A stretch of 64,000 nt of DNA from an uncultured virus (IMG/VR IMGVR_UViG_3300043803_001397) (taxonomy: Duplodnaviria; Heunggongvirae; Uroviricota; Caudoviricetes), in the IMG/VR virus record IMGVR_UViG_3300043803_001397; one strand, written 5' to 3'. The notes under the pieces were generated by a model. That model had not been told where the DNA came from, did no database searches, and saw nothing but the letters and a program-made list of their open reading frames with translations. A program made the position numbers and the translations under genes. Below, one piece after another: positions 20,901 through 30,455 of the stretch; positions within the stretch are counted from its first letter, which is position 1, and each line of letters starts with the position of its first letter.

Positions 20901-23900
20901 AACTTCATTCTCAAAATTAATATAACCAAGCCAAGGACAGGTTAATATTAATTCTTTTTGGCTCTTTACAGTGTTTATGATATTAATCATGTTACTATAT
21001 AAGGATGGTGTACCTACTGAATATTGAGGTTCGCCATCTGCGTTAAGATAACTTAAAATGTTATCTTCTGTATTATACAGCATTTCAATGTCAATCAGTT
21101 TATTAATTCTACCACCAATTACATCATTTCCATATATATCAGCTGCTGTTTTAATATCATCTCTGTAAACAGCTGAGTTCAATATCTGAATAGAATCTTC
21201 TCTTATTTGAGCTTTATGCTTTTCTAACTCTTCAAGACTAGCTGAAAACTTAACTCCAAAATAAGAAAGAACAGACATTGCATCTAGAAGACTATATTTA
21301 GACGATTTACTAAGTTCATAAAAACCTTGTAGTTCAAAAAACTCATCTGATATTCTATTAATAAATAGATCACCATCTTTATTTGCTTTAAATAACTTAG
21401 ACTTTTTATTTTGCAAATTAACTTGTAAGTTATTGCTCCAGTTTCTTTTAATTCTTTGACTGTTAATATTCATTAAAGGATTAAAATCATATATATTACC
21501 ATTTTCTGCAATAATTAATTTTGTAGGCGTAAATCTAGAATTATTAAAAGACTTTGTGAAAGAAACTTGCAATGATATATCATCACGTTCTAAACTTGAC
21601 TGAGGTATTCTTCTACCTGATAAATCTTCATATCTAAGTCTACGTTTTAAATTTTTAATCCAACCAAACCCTTCTCTATAATTACCATTACTATCTAAAA
21701 ATTTATTATCTAACTTATTGAACATCAATTTAATTGTATCCTGTCTAACACCATCTTCGTTAATAATACTAACTATGTTACTTAATTCATTTAAAAGAAT
21801 AGTATGCACTTTATCTGCATCTACAAGTTTAGGTAAATTAGTATTTACGCTTCTAACTAATTTATTATTACTAGTTTGAGGTAATGATGCGATAAGAACC
21901 ATTACGTTAACATCAGTGGACTTACGTGGATCTACTGAAATACTTTCTTTAATACCTAAAGTATCTGAAATTTCAGTTTCTTCTATATCTAATGTGTCAA
22001 AGTTAACACCGTAACGTTGCAAATTCTTTTTAAATATATCATATAGTTCTTCTTTATTGTTTTTAACAGCATTAACTAAACGTTGAGAAGCATTTGATAA
22101 ATCACGTTCTATACTAGCAAAAGCATTATTTAAATTTTCTTTTAATAGAAGATTAGAATCTTTTTTATCTAGATTTAAAAGAATAGATGATATATTAGAA
22201 CCTTTTGATAATAGTCCTGTAAAGAAGTAATAGTTTAATCCATCTAATATTTCAGATGTTTCTTCTACCGTTGTATCAGTTATTGCAGATCTATAAAGAG
22301 GAGTATCATAAAAACTTTGTTCTCGTATTGGCTTAGCATTTTTATAAACTCCTTTAGTAATATCTTTAAATATTTTATTAACATATCCTTCTAATTCTTT
22401 TTTATCATTTGATGATAAACCAAATAACTTTTTAATGAGATCAATAAGATGTTGGAAAAAACTTTTAATAGTTGATTCAGAAGGTTCCTTTTGTGTAAGC
22501 ATGTATTCTCTGAACTCTTCAGCTAACATCTCACGAACGTCATACATTGAAGCTTCAGAATATTCTTTAGTTACATTACTAAAAGGATTTGTGAACTTAC
22601 CCGTACGAGATTTAAACTCTCCAGCAAGCTTAGATCTTTCATCATCTGTAAGATAGCTAGCCCAAACACCTTCAAATGCTTCATGAAAACCAGTACCAAT
22701 TTCAGCATTTTGATAAATATATAAAGCTGAATTTTTAAAACGTCCCCATGCTCTACCGCTAATAAGATGAGCCATTCTATAAACAGAAAACTGAGGAAGA
22801 ACTTTATCTAAAAATGATTGTAAAAGTTTAAAATCTTCTTTTTCTTTAACTTCTTCTGAAGTGACTAGTCTAAAAGGAGCATTATTATCATCCGCATTTA
22901 GTTGATCTAAAAGAAGTTTTTTAAGTTTATCTTTTGCAACAAAAAGATTTGTATCTGGTGTTAATATTACTTTAGCTTCCGCTTTTACATTTCCTTGTTC
23001 ATCATATACTTTAGCAGACAATTCATTTCCTAAAACAAATACATTTTTAACTGCACTTTCAACATCAGTATATTTAATATCTACTGGATTAGATTGTGAA
23101 TTATTAACTGCATTAGTACTTGATTGCGTAGATTGTAAGGCATCTTTTGTTTTTTGGTTAGCTTTTAAACGATTATATCTATCTGCTATTGTTCTACCTA
23201 CAGTAGCTTTCCATGTAACAAAACTAAATATTTTTATACCTTGACTCTCAGATGCTTTTCTAGCAAGCTCATATTCTTGTTGTAAGTATGTTTCTAAATC
23301 ATCAGGTAATGTTTGAGAATCTCTTGCATCAGCGGCTTTCTCTTCTTCTAATTTTTTACTTAAAAACTCAGATATTTTTTGTGTACCTCCATAACGATAA
23401 CCAGCTATTTCTTGAATATTTTTAAGAATAACACTTCTATTCTTTTTAAACTCATCAGCAGAGCGAAAAATTTGTGAAGATGAAGTCTGATTAGAGTTTT
23501 TCCTTTTATACTTAATTTGATATCCATCAGATGATTCTGCAATCCAAAAAGAAATATTTCTAACTTTAAGTTGTTTAGATTGTAAATTAAGAAATTTATC
23601 TATATTTTGATCTGTAGCACTCTTATAGTTTCTTTCAAACTTTAAAGTATCAGCACTAGTCTCACCATCTTCTTTTTCTTCAGTTTCATCTTTAACTGTT
23701 GGATCACGCCACTCTATATAAACACTTGTTCTTTGAGGACGACCAGGTTCATTTACTGGTGGTAATGAAGTGTAAACTGGAGGTACAGAATTATCTTCTC
23801 TTTTAGCAATAAGATATTCTTGATAACTATCCCACTGTTTAGTTTGAATTGCTTTACCACCTTTAATGTTAACTTCTGTAAAAGAATCATTCTTTGTAAG

Positions 23901-26900
23901 TAATGATGCATTAATATGATGAAATGCATCATTTCCATTTGGATCTTTACCAAAAAGTTGTTCTTTACTTTTTATGATTTCTGATGAATTAAAATCAATT
24001 TTAGTTGATCCTCTATGTAAACCATTATCAATCCAATATGTCTTATAAGTTATTTTATCTTTTGTTTTAGCTGTTCTTAAATTAACAACACCTTTTAGAT
24101 AATTTTGTATAATTTCTATTTCGTTTTCTTCTTCTTCACTAATCTTCTTAGTAACTTTTCTTTTCTTTTTATTATCGTAGTAATATTTTTTATTGTACAA
24201 CTCAGATAAACGAGCAAATATGCGAGTTAAATTATCTTTTTCAGAATCAGTAAATGCACGGTTAAAAACTCTAAATAATTTATCACCATATATAGTAGTA
24301 CCATTAACAATATTATATTCCTGCATTATAACACGACCAGCTTTTATACCAGGTCCTAATGCACCATCTGCTGTTGCAACTCTAAGTCTAATGTTTACAT
24401 CTGGATTTACAGCACTACGAAGATCATTGTAATCAGGATTTTCAGCAATTACGCGACCTTCCATATCAAACTTAGCAATTTCATTCAAGCCATTTTCACC
24501 TATTGCGTTTGTACGAACAATTGCTTGCACTCCAGGAGATGTACGTGTAATAGTTAAATAAACAGGTCCTTCTTTAACTCTATTTTCTAAATTTTCTTGC
24601 CATAATTTGTAATTATCTATTTCTTTTTGTATTTGTTCATCAGTAGTATTTTTACCAACAGCATAAGAATTTCTAATTTGTTCTACATTCCAATTATTTT
24701 TATTAGCTAAAGAACGATAAATTATATTATCAGCTGTTTCTTGTCCTTCAGGTATAATCTGATTATTAACATCTACATATCTATATGTAATATTACCATT
24801 GGTATCAGTTATCTTTTTAACAACAATAACTTTAATATCATTTGGATATTTGTCTTGACGAATTTTAAATTTATCATTATCAGCAGTAACAACTTCTAAA
24901 GCATATCCCCTTTTAGCTAAATTATGTTTACCTGTAAATTCAAAAAATCTAGCCGAACCAGGTACATCATTAAGTATTGTGTCATCACTATCTAAATAGT
25001 GTTTACCAAATGTTTTGTTAAAGCCAATATCTTCAAATCTTGGCTGACTATTGCTTTTAAAATCAAATTCAGTTTCATCTTCTATTTCTTGATCTAACTC
25101 ATTATCATCTGATTTTGTTGAATCAACAGAAGTACCTTTTGCAGCTGTACCTTTATTTTTAGGTATAATAGGTTCAAAACCTACAGATTGAATTAATTTA
25201 GCTAGTTCACTTAAACGTATTGTAACAGGATTTTCTTTACCCTGTTCTATAGTTACAAGATCATCTTTTTCATTAATAGATAAAACTTTAAACTTTATAA
25301 TTTCATCATTTTCTTTACCTTGATATAAAAGGCCTTCAGTAATTTCAACTTCAACTTCCTTACCATCTAATGTTTTAACTTTAATTTTAACAGATAGTGC
25401 TTCAGGAGATGGTTTAGCTGGATCTAAATTATCATCCTTACTTCTTGCTTCATCAGCTCTTTTTAAAGCATCTTGTACTGGATTATAAATTTCTTCATTA
25501 AAAAGGTCTTTAAAGTTTTGTTTACCTTTCTTAGCATCAGCAAGTAATGCAAACTTTAATCCGTTTTGTGTTGATGCATTCTCTATTTGAGATTGTAATC
25601 TCATTTTATCAGAGTAAAGCTTCATTAAAGGATCCTCATTTCTAGCCTTATTCTCATATTTATAGTAACCGTTATTATCAGGTTTAGATAGTTTCTCTAC
25701 ACTGAGTTGATTATCTTTTAAAAGTTTTTCTTTTTCTTTAGTTAAATCATCAATAATTTTACTATTCACTTTATCATTTAACGGAGATGATAAAGATGAT
25801 TTACTAGATTCATCTATAACCTGCTGTAAAGAATCAATCTTAAACTGAATACTATTTAATTGATCTACTAAAGAATCAGTAAGTGAACTATTATTACTAT
25901 TAATTAGTTTATTCTGAATATCTACTTTTTGCGACTTGATATTCTCAGCATTTTTATCATAAATAGCTTGCTTTGCCGCTAAGTCAAGCATTACTAGTTT
26001 TCTATTTTGATCTTCTACAGAATTATCAAATAAGATATCTTGATTAATAAGTTTATTTTGATCTATTATCTTAGAAGCTAAAGACTTATAATCACTAATT
26101 TGTTTTTTATAATCTTCAGAAGGATTGAAACCTAATGCTAATAAATCTTCCGGCTTTGCATTTATTGCGTCATCAAGTTTATCTAATAATGTAGTTTCTA
26201 AACCTGCATTAACATGGGCTTGCACAAATTCAGTAAAAGCCATGTCCCTCATAATTGAAGCTTTATAAGGAACAGTTTCTTCATCTGCTTTCTTAAGTAA
26301 ATCTATGTTAGTGGTAAAAGAACCAGCAATAGCATTAATCTTATCTAAATCCTCTTTTGGTTTACCATTTGTATCTAGTACAAGTCTTTCTGATTTAAAC
26401 GTTTTTCCATCGGATCCTGTTTGATCAAATGTTTCTGTTTTATATATATTACCAAACTTCATCCAATTAGTTTGGCTCTGATTAAGTGCTTGCATTGCAC
26501 TTGCTGAAGCATTAACATCTCGTCTACCTTGCACCATGTCACCTATCCCAGTAGATATACCTCCGATAATACCACCTAGTCCTATATTTAAAGATGTTTC
26601 ACGATTTTCAGGTGTATTAGGACCAAAGACAGCTCCATAAGTTTGACTTAAATATTGTTTTCCTAAATTACCAATATCATTTATAGTTGCTACTTTACCT
26701 GCTAATCCATATTGTTGATTAAGTCTTTGTATAGCAAGCTGTGCATTTTCTTCAACAAATCCTTCACGAACAGTACCTGCGGCAACACCAGTTAAAAAAT
26801 CTCTAGCAGGAGATTGTAAAAACCTATCAAATTTAGAAACAGCTGGTGAAATAGTAGAAACAAAATCTTTACCTAATGCTGGTGAAACTATATTAGAAAC

Positions 26901-27965
26901 AGTTCCTTCTGTTTTACCTAAAAGCTTATAAAAACTTTTCATTTCAAAAAAGTTAGTAAAGCCCAGTAAAGCAGCATTCATTAAAAATGTATTCTGAGTA
27001 GCTCCAGCAATAATTTTTTTCTTTTCTTCAGGGGTTAATGTATAATCATTTTCAAGTTGTTCTGTTAAATAATCTTTAACACCTTTTGCTTCTACCATAG
27101 CTTCGGCACCTGTTGCTAAAGCCCATGTAGTAACTTTATCAAAAGACTTTGCTAAACTAGAAGCATTTCTAAGATAATTAGGTACAGCTTGTAAGCCTTC
27201 AATTGTTCCAGATGCTGCTGTTACACCAAGTCTTGTAGCTGATAAACCTCGGGCAATTTTCATACCAAGACCTAGTTTAGATAAAAGTGTACCAGGAACA
27301 TAAGCCGAAGCTAAAAAAGCTGCAGCATCTACAACATCTTCTGTCCAAAAGTCTAAATCAGTAAAAGCTCTAGCAAAAAATCCTTTATCTCTGTCTTTAG
27401 CTTCTTGAAATGTGGTTGTTAAAAAGAAATCATTTTTAACCCAGTCTTCCATATTTGTAAAAGCTTTACTAAAAGCATTATCAGAAGCAGAGGCTATATA
27501 CCCATCCTCGCTTAACATATTAGCAGGATTAAGAAGACCACCTATGAAACCAACTCCTTGACCAGTTTTTGCAACTGCAGATAAAACAAATTTTGGTATA
27601 GCAGATCCTATTTTAGCTAGACTACCTTGTCTTTGTGCATATATATCCTCATTATCTATACCAGGCATAAACCCAAATTCTTGACCGGCATATTTACGAC
27701 CAATTCTTTCTGGCGTAGTAATTGGTTCTGTAAACCCTGTACCATAGAAAGGACGAGTCTTTCTATTCATATCCTGAGTGAGTTCATAAGCCTGATCCAT
27801 TGTAATAGGACCATAAGAAGACACAGGTTTAGAAGAAGGAACTGGAGCTTGCCCTGGTTGTCCTAACTGAGAAGCCTTACGCATAAGTTCTTCTGTAGAA
27901 GGAATAGATTGATTTACAGAATCTTGTGTTTCTTCAAACAGATTGTTATTTGATAAGTCCAACAT
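14949..27965 (-). CDS. virion-packaged DNA-dependent RNA polymerase, giant multidomain protein (crAss/phi14:2 gp66-like)
   Basis: RIPTQ (~18300) and GSDFDIDKL (DFDID at 18183-18197), VDGAKDP; 4338 aa. Confidence 0.88.
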   Translation of the reverse strand: MLDLSNNNLFEETQDSVNQSIPSTEELMRKASQLGQPGQAPVPSSKPVSSYGPITMDQAYELTQDMNRKTRPFYGTGFTEPITTPERIGRKYAGQEFGFMPGIDNEDIYAQRQGSLAKIGSAIPKFVLSAVAKTGQGVGFIGGLLNPANMLSEDGYIASASDNAFSKAFTNMEDWVKNDFFLTTTFQEAKDRDKGFFARAFTDLDFWTEDVVDAAAFLASAYVPGTLLSKLGLGMKIARGLSATRLGVTAASGTIEGLQAVPNYLRNASSLAKSFDKVTTWALATGAEAMVEAKGVKDYLTEQLENDYTLTPEEKKKIIAGATQNTFLMNAALLGFTNFFEMKSFYKLLGKTEGTVSNIVSPALGKDFVSTISPAVSKFDRFLQSPARDFLTGVAAGTVREGFVEENAQLAIQRLNQQYGLAGKVATINDIGNLGKQYLSQTYGAVFGPNTPENRETSLNIGLGGIIGGISTGIGDMVQGRRDVNASASAMQALNQSQTNWMKFGNIYKTETFDQTGSDGKTFKSERLVLDTNGKPKEDLDKINAIAGSFTTNIDLLKKADEETVPYKASIMRDMAFTEFVQAHVNAGLETTLLDKLDDAINAKPEDLLALGFNPSEDYKKQISDYKSLASKIIDQNKLINQDILFDNSVEDQNRKLVMLDLAAKQAIYDKNAENIKSQKVDIQNKLINSNNSSLTDSLVDQLNSIQFKIDSLQQVIDESSKSSLSSPLNDKVNSKIIDDLTKEKEKLLKDNQLSVEKLSKPDNNGYYKYENKARNEDPLMKLYSDKMRLQSQIENASTQNGLKFALLADAKKGKQNFKDLFNEEIYNPVQDALKRADEARSKDDNLDPAKPSPEALSVKIKVKTLDGKEVEVEITEGLLYQGKENDEIIKFKVLSINEKDDLVTIEQGKENPVTIRLSELAKLIQSVGFEPIIPKNKGTAAKGTSVDSTKSDDNELDQEIEDETEFDFKSNSQPRFEDIGFNKTFGKHYLDSDDTILNDVPGSARFFEFTGKHNLAKRGYALEVVTADNDKFKIRQDKYPNDIKVIVVKKITDTNGNITYRYVDVNNQIIPEGQETADNIIYRSLANKNNWNVEQIRNSYAVGKNTTDEQIQKEIDNYKLWQENLENRVKEGPVYLTITRTSPGVQAIVRTNAIGENGLNEIAKFDMEGRVIAENPDYNDLRSAVNPDVNIRLRVATADGALGPGIKAGRVIMQEYNIVNGTTIYGDKLFRVFNRAFTDSEKDNLTRIFARLSELYNKKYYYDNKKKRKVTKKISEEEENEIEIIQNYLKGVVNLRTAKTKDKITYKTYWIDNGLHRGSTKIDFNSSEIIKSKEQLFGKDPNGNDAFHHINASLLTKNDSFTEVNIKGGKAIQTKQWDSYQEYLIAKREDNSVPPVYTSLPPVNEPGRPQRTSVYIEWRDPTVKDETEEKEDGETSADTLKFERNYKSATDQNIDKFLNLQSKQLKVRNISFWIAESSDGYQIKYKRKNSNQTSSSQIFRSADEFKKNRSVILKNIQEIAGYRYGGTQKISEFLSKKLEEEKAADARDSQTLPDDLETYLQQEYELARKASESQGIKIFSFVTWKATVGRTIADRYNRLKANQKTKDALQSTQSSTNAVNNSQSNPVDIKYTDVESAVKNVFVLGNELSAKVYDEQGNVKAEAKVILTPDTNLFVAKDKLKKLLLDQLNADDNNAPFRLVTSEEVKEKEDFKLLQSFLDKVLPQFSVYRMAHLISGRAWGRFKNSALYIYQNAEIGTGFHEAFEGVWASYLTDDERSKLAGEFKSRTGKFTNPFSNVTKEYSEASMYDVREMLAEEFREYMLTQKEPSESTIKSFFQHLIDLIKKLFGLSSNDKKELEGYVNKIFKDITKGVYKNAKPIREQSFYDTPLYRSAITDTTVEETSEILDGLNYYFFTGLLSKGSNISSILLNLDKKDSNLLLKENLNNAFASIERDLSNASQRLVNAVKNNKEELYDIFKKNLQRYGVNFDTLDIEETEISDTLGIKESISVDPRKSTDVNVMVLIASLPQTSNNKLVRSVNTNLPKLVDADKVHTILLNELSNIVSIINEDGVRQDTIKLMFNKLDNKFLDSNGNYREGFGWIKNLKRRLRYEDLSGRRIPQSSLERDDISLQVSFTKSFNNSRFTPTKLIIAENGNIYDFNPLMNINSQRIKRNWSNNLQVNLQNKKSKLFKANKDGDLFINRISDEFFELQGFYELSKSSKYSLLDAMSVLSYFGVKFSASLEELEKHKAQIREDSIQILNSAVYRDDIKTAADIYGNDVIGGRINKLIDIEMLYNTEDNILSYLNADGEPQYSVGTPSLYSNMINIINTVKSQKELILTCPWLGYINFENEVVLHPYQTNSELIKKGGIIFDKNGSKRPGLDLTYHVITGTGISDVDGRNTAKLLFPERIAIKIHYLLNNIPLSVINSDKSTEYGIGIPGKLLVKISDVNNLLQDKDNKIITYYLNHLSDELQAAQQQKENAFNIQYYQDGVFNLGHFQDIISDDIKNKFKSEVLEGKKNYDEFLNENQEILKKQIVEHIIKMSNQTYDMLLQEDIFVKPDSFSSNNFITNAVDNNLLDETLGLSEGQELEYTEDGKKLNIRDSSYTPDQVRMLSTLIAINEELLTTEQHKLLYGHPSMYKDLAKRANGATSTKEAIVEDSGFIKWMDEQMPRIDKKERSKDIHQTLKIMSFKDMDVVSLFHKEMAEKMYAEMIKDNVDSDKASLSIGATFDSNGKLIDYRKYRGEYTGAIKVFLSLNEADAMAMIMPDAFRDLLMMSSKFTPQMEAQFNYEIAYEKLVRSGNIPGFDGNYITKKDPSYKNYEEEEVKDAKQIYDKGNPGFSFPGMLKPQYFGYGNGYMANNTFTSYQLMVPKFLKHAVQPKFFRQVEGTQFEKLYLASQDRQVDIIGFESGQKVGNVTTANGSFVSLYNNKGQVNLELSKGKYILPSELPIQNLFSRFYGIQVEQSSKPKKHVVRGTQVTKIIMTNFYENGVPINNEVEKLIEEYNDTLVKIFKLGKKELLEELGLELDSSSGQYNVKDLRNLVNLLRAEAENRDLPDNIIQAINYNIDSKDLEYQFDMLINRDKIDNILNSIVDSRVISSKVNGKSNPQAASTLFESKNRRFVYLNNGIYEETNDLSKLTEEQQSTARIASSDLKFYRSENGKIKSMDVYVGWPYLDLSPEELGLKLVNGIYRIPENGLSNLDERLLNLVAFRIPTQAPNSIESIVIKGFLPPSAGDVIVVPSEIVGKSGSDFDIDKLNLYLPKHEIIGPDYSSEEFRNFMISDLIKRGVSEEVAIKAVAQYTTDEFKKINRATFTENGRLYKNAPFSLESLAPNMVASVRTLTVVKESIQNYNKQFKGKKVLKYIEADDNSKEGLQNKMIEVMNKLILRPENYSQLVSPNTTITLKTLATKIRSLKIAAGSKNEDNEKSATYLRSFTGSVSTRERYLTSKRLVGISALHTTFHVMAQIAGLKINGTYNIDSIKYLFEKQFKKKKSKKESYDPLIKKEEIDIKLNHHSRLDDGTYAIGYKTDVSGQKISDINSESTSGFVDGAKDPFVFDLNLSLKSAGTWFYLMHMGVPVEEIGFFFSQPIMDSYFSEQAKRDSNFKKINDDTFTREDIFFRVIAPFYDKLTGEDLLSSLNAFENNPLMQLKVKNGVLKQINSLYNSYDKFDLEDLKQSVADGKNASPRLQIAVLMAYLRYETQGRYMSNFMQAIGYDTNKTKTIQENVLQVSRWEKSRAEDFIANPDDILNNTFLGELKKQKEDIFNLFRNFFITLDPTVQEVFQPLYSKLNDPDLFITKQDAISLVNRFQNHVLSYILHTTKIKNPEGIDESLNELYNLMFFGENSMASRLYQLKKESSTSDPRITDNLIIQELLPIIPSNEKDIGNVKLFRQRLDTFEVNKVIEALNNLNSYADETGDLVLKEFIIDLAKFSILQSGMNTSYMDYKKVLSTEVYSEMLKEIFNKFNTSKDLDMDQVWKSFHQNNSYNRAIVPKAPSWIRIKDAKLLISPLSSASNQDFYSKSVINPTLTREDVKRLKKAGRGYEAYVSVLFQRTDDTEGGKIVYLPINKMGAGNKLTEIYIDPDSESIIESNNFSSVFNPKDLKKRSGFTSITDLFPEIFGKQEEDEEEDSELNKTGFRGYKYGYVDKGKGTPQGDGKDIAMREYVATGGVIVELSSLKPTSSLTSFKTIEPFTTPKVGTNAFVGGTTKRIMLARNSELSGKPLKSETKEAISKAHKDGYEFVVGDMPSVDSYFIDYLLELDATFIIFHTGSKGSERIRIIPSLKKSLEFKDSKPMNSLRKLIEESKETGEDISNVLERKKNESKNCNN

Positions 27966-27988
27966 ATGTTATGTAGAGATTAATAAAA

Positions 27989-30397
27989 TTATTGAGAAAG
28001 GTAGCCTCTTTCATAATGAATGATCTGATTGCTTTTAGCATCATCTATAAGATCGGTAAGAGAAAATTTTGTAGAAATAGGAGTGTTTTGACCATCTGCA
28101 TAAAGATAATACATATTTCGTCCTTCAGGCGAAGAAACAACTTTAAATTGATAAGAAGGAAGTGGATTACCTTTCCTATCAAAAGCCATATTATTAGGAT
28201 AGAATGGTGTTGACATCCATCCATTACCAGCCTGTGTTTGTCCAAAGGTTGCTAATTTTCTTTCTTCAGGAGTATAGTTCTGATAAAGATCTATACCAAG
28301 TTTTACACTAGAAAAACCTGGTTTTTCTTTAACATAAATAAGGCCTTTTTGTGCATCGTAATTTGCTTCCAAACCTTGAAACTTTAACTTTGTTTCTATT
28401 TCTTTAAAATAATTTTCTTTGTCAGATCTAGATCTTTCATTATCAATATAAAAAAAAGCAGCATTATTACCAGTGGATAATATTTGTTTTATATCAGAAT
28501 CATTCACTCCAGCAATACCTGCTAAAACACCAGCAACTGATTTAAAATTTTTACTACCCTGTGGAAGAGGGATGGCTTTAGGATCAAAATACTTTGATTC
28601 TTGAAAGTATTTATCCACTGCAGATTGATATTTTTTATTATAATCTTTTAAACTTTTCTCAGCTTCAGAAACCATATTTATTAAGCCATTATATGATTTA
28701 TCTGTAATAGGTATTGTTTTACCATTAATTATAAGTTTTGCATCACTTACTGTTCCAGGAATGTTTTCATTCATTCCTCTTCCGAGAATTACTTTAGATT
28801 GAGGTAATGTATAATTTCCAATCTTAACTGCATTAAATACATCATCTGTTGAAAATCCACCTACAGAATTATTTCCAACATTTGATTTATATGCTTTTCT
28901 AGCGTTTTCAATTACATCAGTACCTACTGTTTTATTACCAGCTTCTTCAGCTTGTTTCTTTTGTGATTCTAAGTTTCTTTGATCTATTTCTAAATCTAAA
29001 AGTTCTCTACGAAATTTAGAATACACTTCATCTCTTTTACCTCTTGGGCTATTAGCAAAATCATTAATATCCTGATCAGTAATTTTATTAGGATCTTTTC
29101 CAAGCTGAGTTGCTACATGCATTGTTAGTGATTTACTAACAGATACAATTCCTTGTTGAATAGTATTTAAACTTTCTTGAGTAGAAGTCATTGACTGTCT
29201 TCCCATTAAGTCTTTTTCTCCAGCTGATAATGTAACAAAATTACCAGCACCGTCCATAGGAAGTCCTTCAAGCTCCCATCTTTTCATTTTTTCTGCATGT
29301 TTAAATCCTGCTATTTGTCTAGCAGTTGCTTGTGACTCACGCCATTTAGCCAAAGCAACTTCATCTGCTGTAAAACTTTTTTTATAATCAGTCCAAGAAA
29401 GTCCTTCAGCTAACTTAGAAACAGCTTGATCAAAATAAATACCATAAGATATTTTATCTGCATTATTTTTAATAAAATCTATATTTCCTTCTGATATTGA
29501 TTTTACATCTTTTGATAAATCTGATATTTTATCTTCATATGATTTTTTTAATAATTTTAGTTGCTCAATTTCTTTTGGATCTTTAGATAACGTAATACCA
29601 TTATCAATTGAAGCTATTTTTTTATCATATGTATTTATTTCTTTTACAGCTAATGAAGAATAAACACCAGCAAGAAGTTCAGGATTACTTCCCAATCTTA
29701 CATTAGATTCAATTCTCATTTGATTTTTAGCTTTCTCAGATGCTACAGAAGAAAAAAATAACTTAAGATCCTCTGCTGTTGCTCCACCTTTTTCTTCAGT
29801 TACTTTATATAATCCACCATAAGTATCAACTGATATTTTATCTGGTTTATAAGATGCAAACCAATCTTTAAACTCTTTATTCCAATCATAATATGGAGTA
29901 TAAGATCTTCTATTATTATAATATTTACCAACAGATTTAATATTATCATTGGCAAATTGAGCTTTTTGTATTCTTACATAATCAAGATTGTCTTGACTAA
30001 ACTCTTTACCACCATCTTTAAGTCTATAAGATTCTGCTATAGCTTCCTGCTGATCCATGTGTGCAGTGAATGCCATATCCATTAATACTTCTCTATTTTG
30101 CACAAAAGGTTCAAAGACACGTCTAGCTGCTTCAACATTTTGTTGCTGAGAAAGATCCATTGCAGATATGTCTTTAAGATTCTTTTTTGCTTGAGATAGG
30201 AATTTATCTCTAACATCAAGACTGTATGGATTAGTAACATTTCTGTTTATAAAGTTGTAGTTACTACTAACTTGTGCAAAACCTTGATCATACATAGATT
30301 GTCTTCTTCTTAACATTGTGTCAAGAAAAGAAAAATTAGGAGTATAACCTGCACTTTCAGGCGTAACGTCTGTAATATTAGGTAAGTAAGTTGCCAT
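27989..30397 (-). CDS. putative internal virion (cargo/ejection) protein
   Basis: 802 aa, helical/coiled-coil composition; lies between cargo-type genes and the RNAP. Confidence 0.6.
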   Translation of the reverse strand: MATYLPNITDVTPESAGYTPNFSFLDTMLRRRQSMYDQGFAQVSSNYNFINRNVTNPYSLDVRDKFLSQAKKNLKDISAMDLSQQQNVEAARRVFEPFVQNREVLMDMAFTAHMDQQEAIAESYRLKDGGKEFSQDNLDYVRIQKAQFANDNIKSVGKYYNNRRSYTPYYDWNKEFKDWFASYKPDKISVDTYGGLYKVTEEKGGATAEDLKLFFSSVASEKAKNQMRIESNVRLGSNPELLAGVYSSLAVKEINTYDKKIASIDNGITLSKDPKEIEQLKLLKKSYEDKISDLSKDVKSISEGNIDFIKNNADKISYGIYFDQAVSKLAEGLSWTDYKKSFTADEVALAKWRESQATARQIAGFKHAEKMKRWELEGLPMDGAGNFVTLSAGEKDLMGRQSMTSTQESLNTIQQGIVSVSKSLTMHVATQLGKDPNKITDQDINDFANSPRGKRDEVYSKFRRELLDLEIDQRNLESQKKQAEEAGNKTVGTDVIENARKAYKSNVGNNSVGGFSTDDVFNAVKIGNYTLPQSKVILGRGMNENIPGTVSDAKLIINGKTIPITDKSYNGLINMVSEAEKSLKDYNKKYQSAVDKYFQESKYFDPKAIPLPQGSKNFKSVAGVLAGIAGVNDSDIKQILSTGNNAAFFYIDNERSRSDKENYFKEIETKLKFQGLEANYDAQKGLIYVKEKPGFSSVKLGIDLYQNYTPEERKLATFGQTQAGNGWMSTPFYPNNMAFDRKGNPLPSYQFKVVSSPEGRNMYYLYADGQNTPISTKFSLTDLIDDAKSNQIIHYERGYLSQ

Positions 30398-30399
30398 AG

Positions 30400-30452
30400 T
30401 CTACAATAATAATATAAGATAAAATCTTATAAGTTTAAAATTAAACTTATAA
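30400..30452 (-). promoter_or_regulatory. putative phage promoter plus palindromic operator-like site
   Basis: 12-bp perfect inverted repeat TTATAAGTTTAA-AA-TTAAACTTATAA (30427-30452) followed on the minus strand by TATATTATTATTGTAGA; near copy at 44313-44360. Confidence 0.6.
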
Positions 30453-30455
30453 TGT

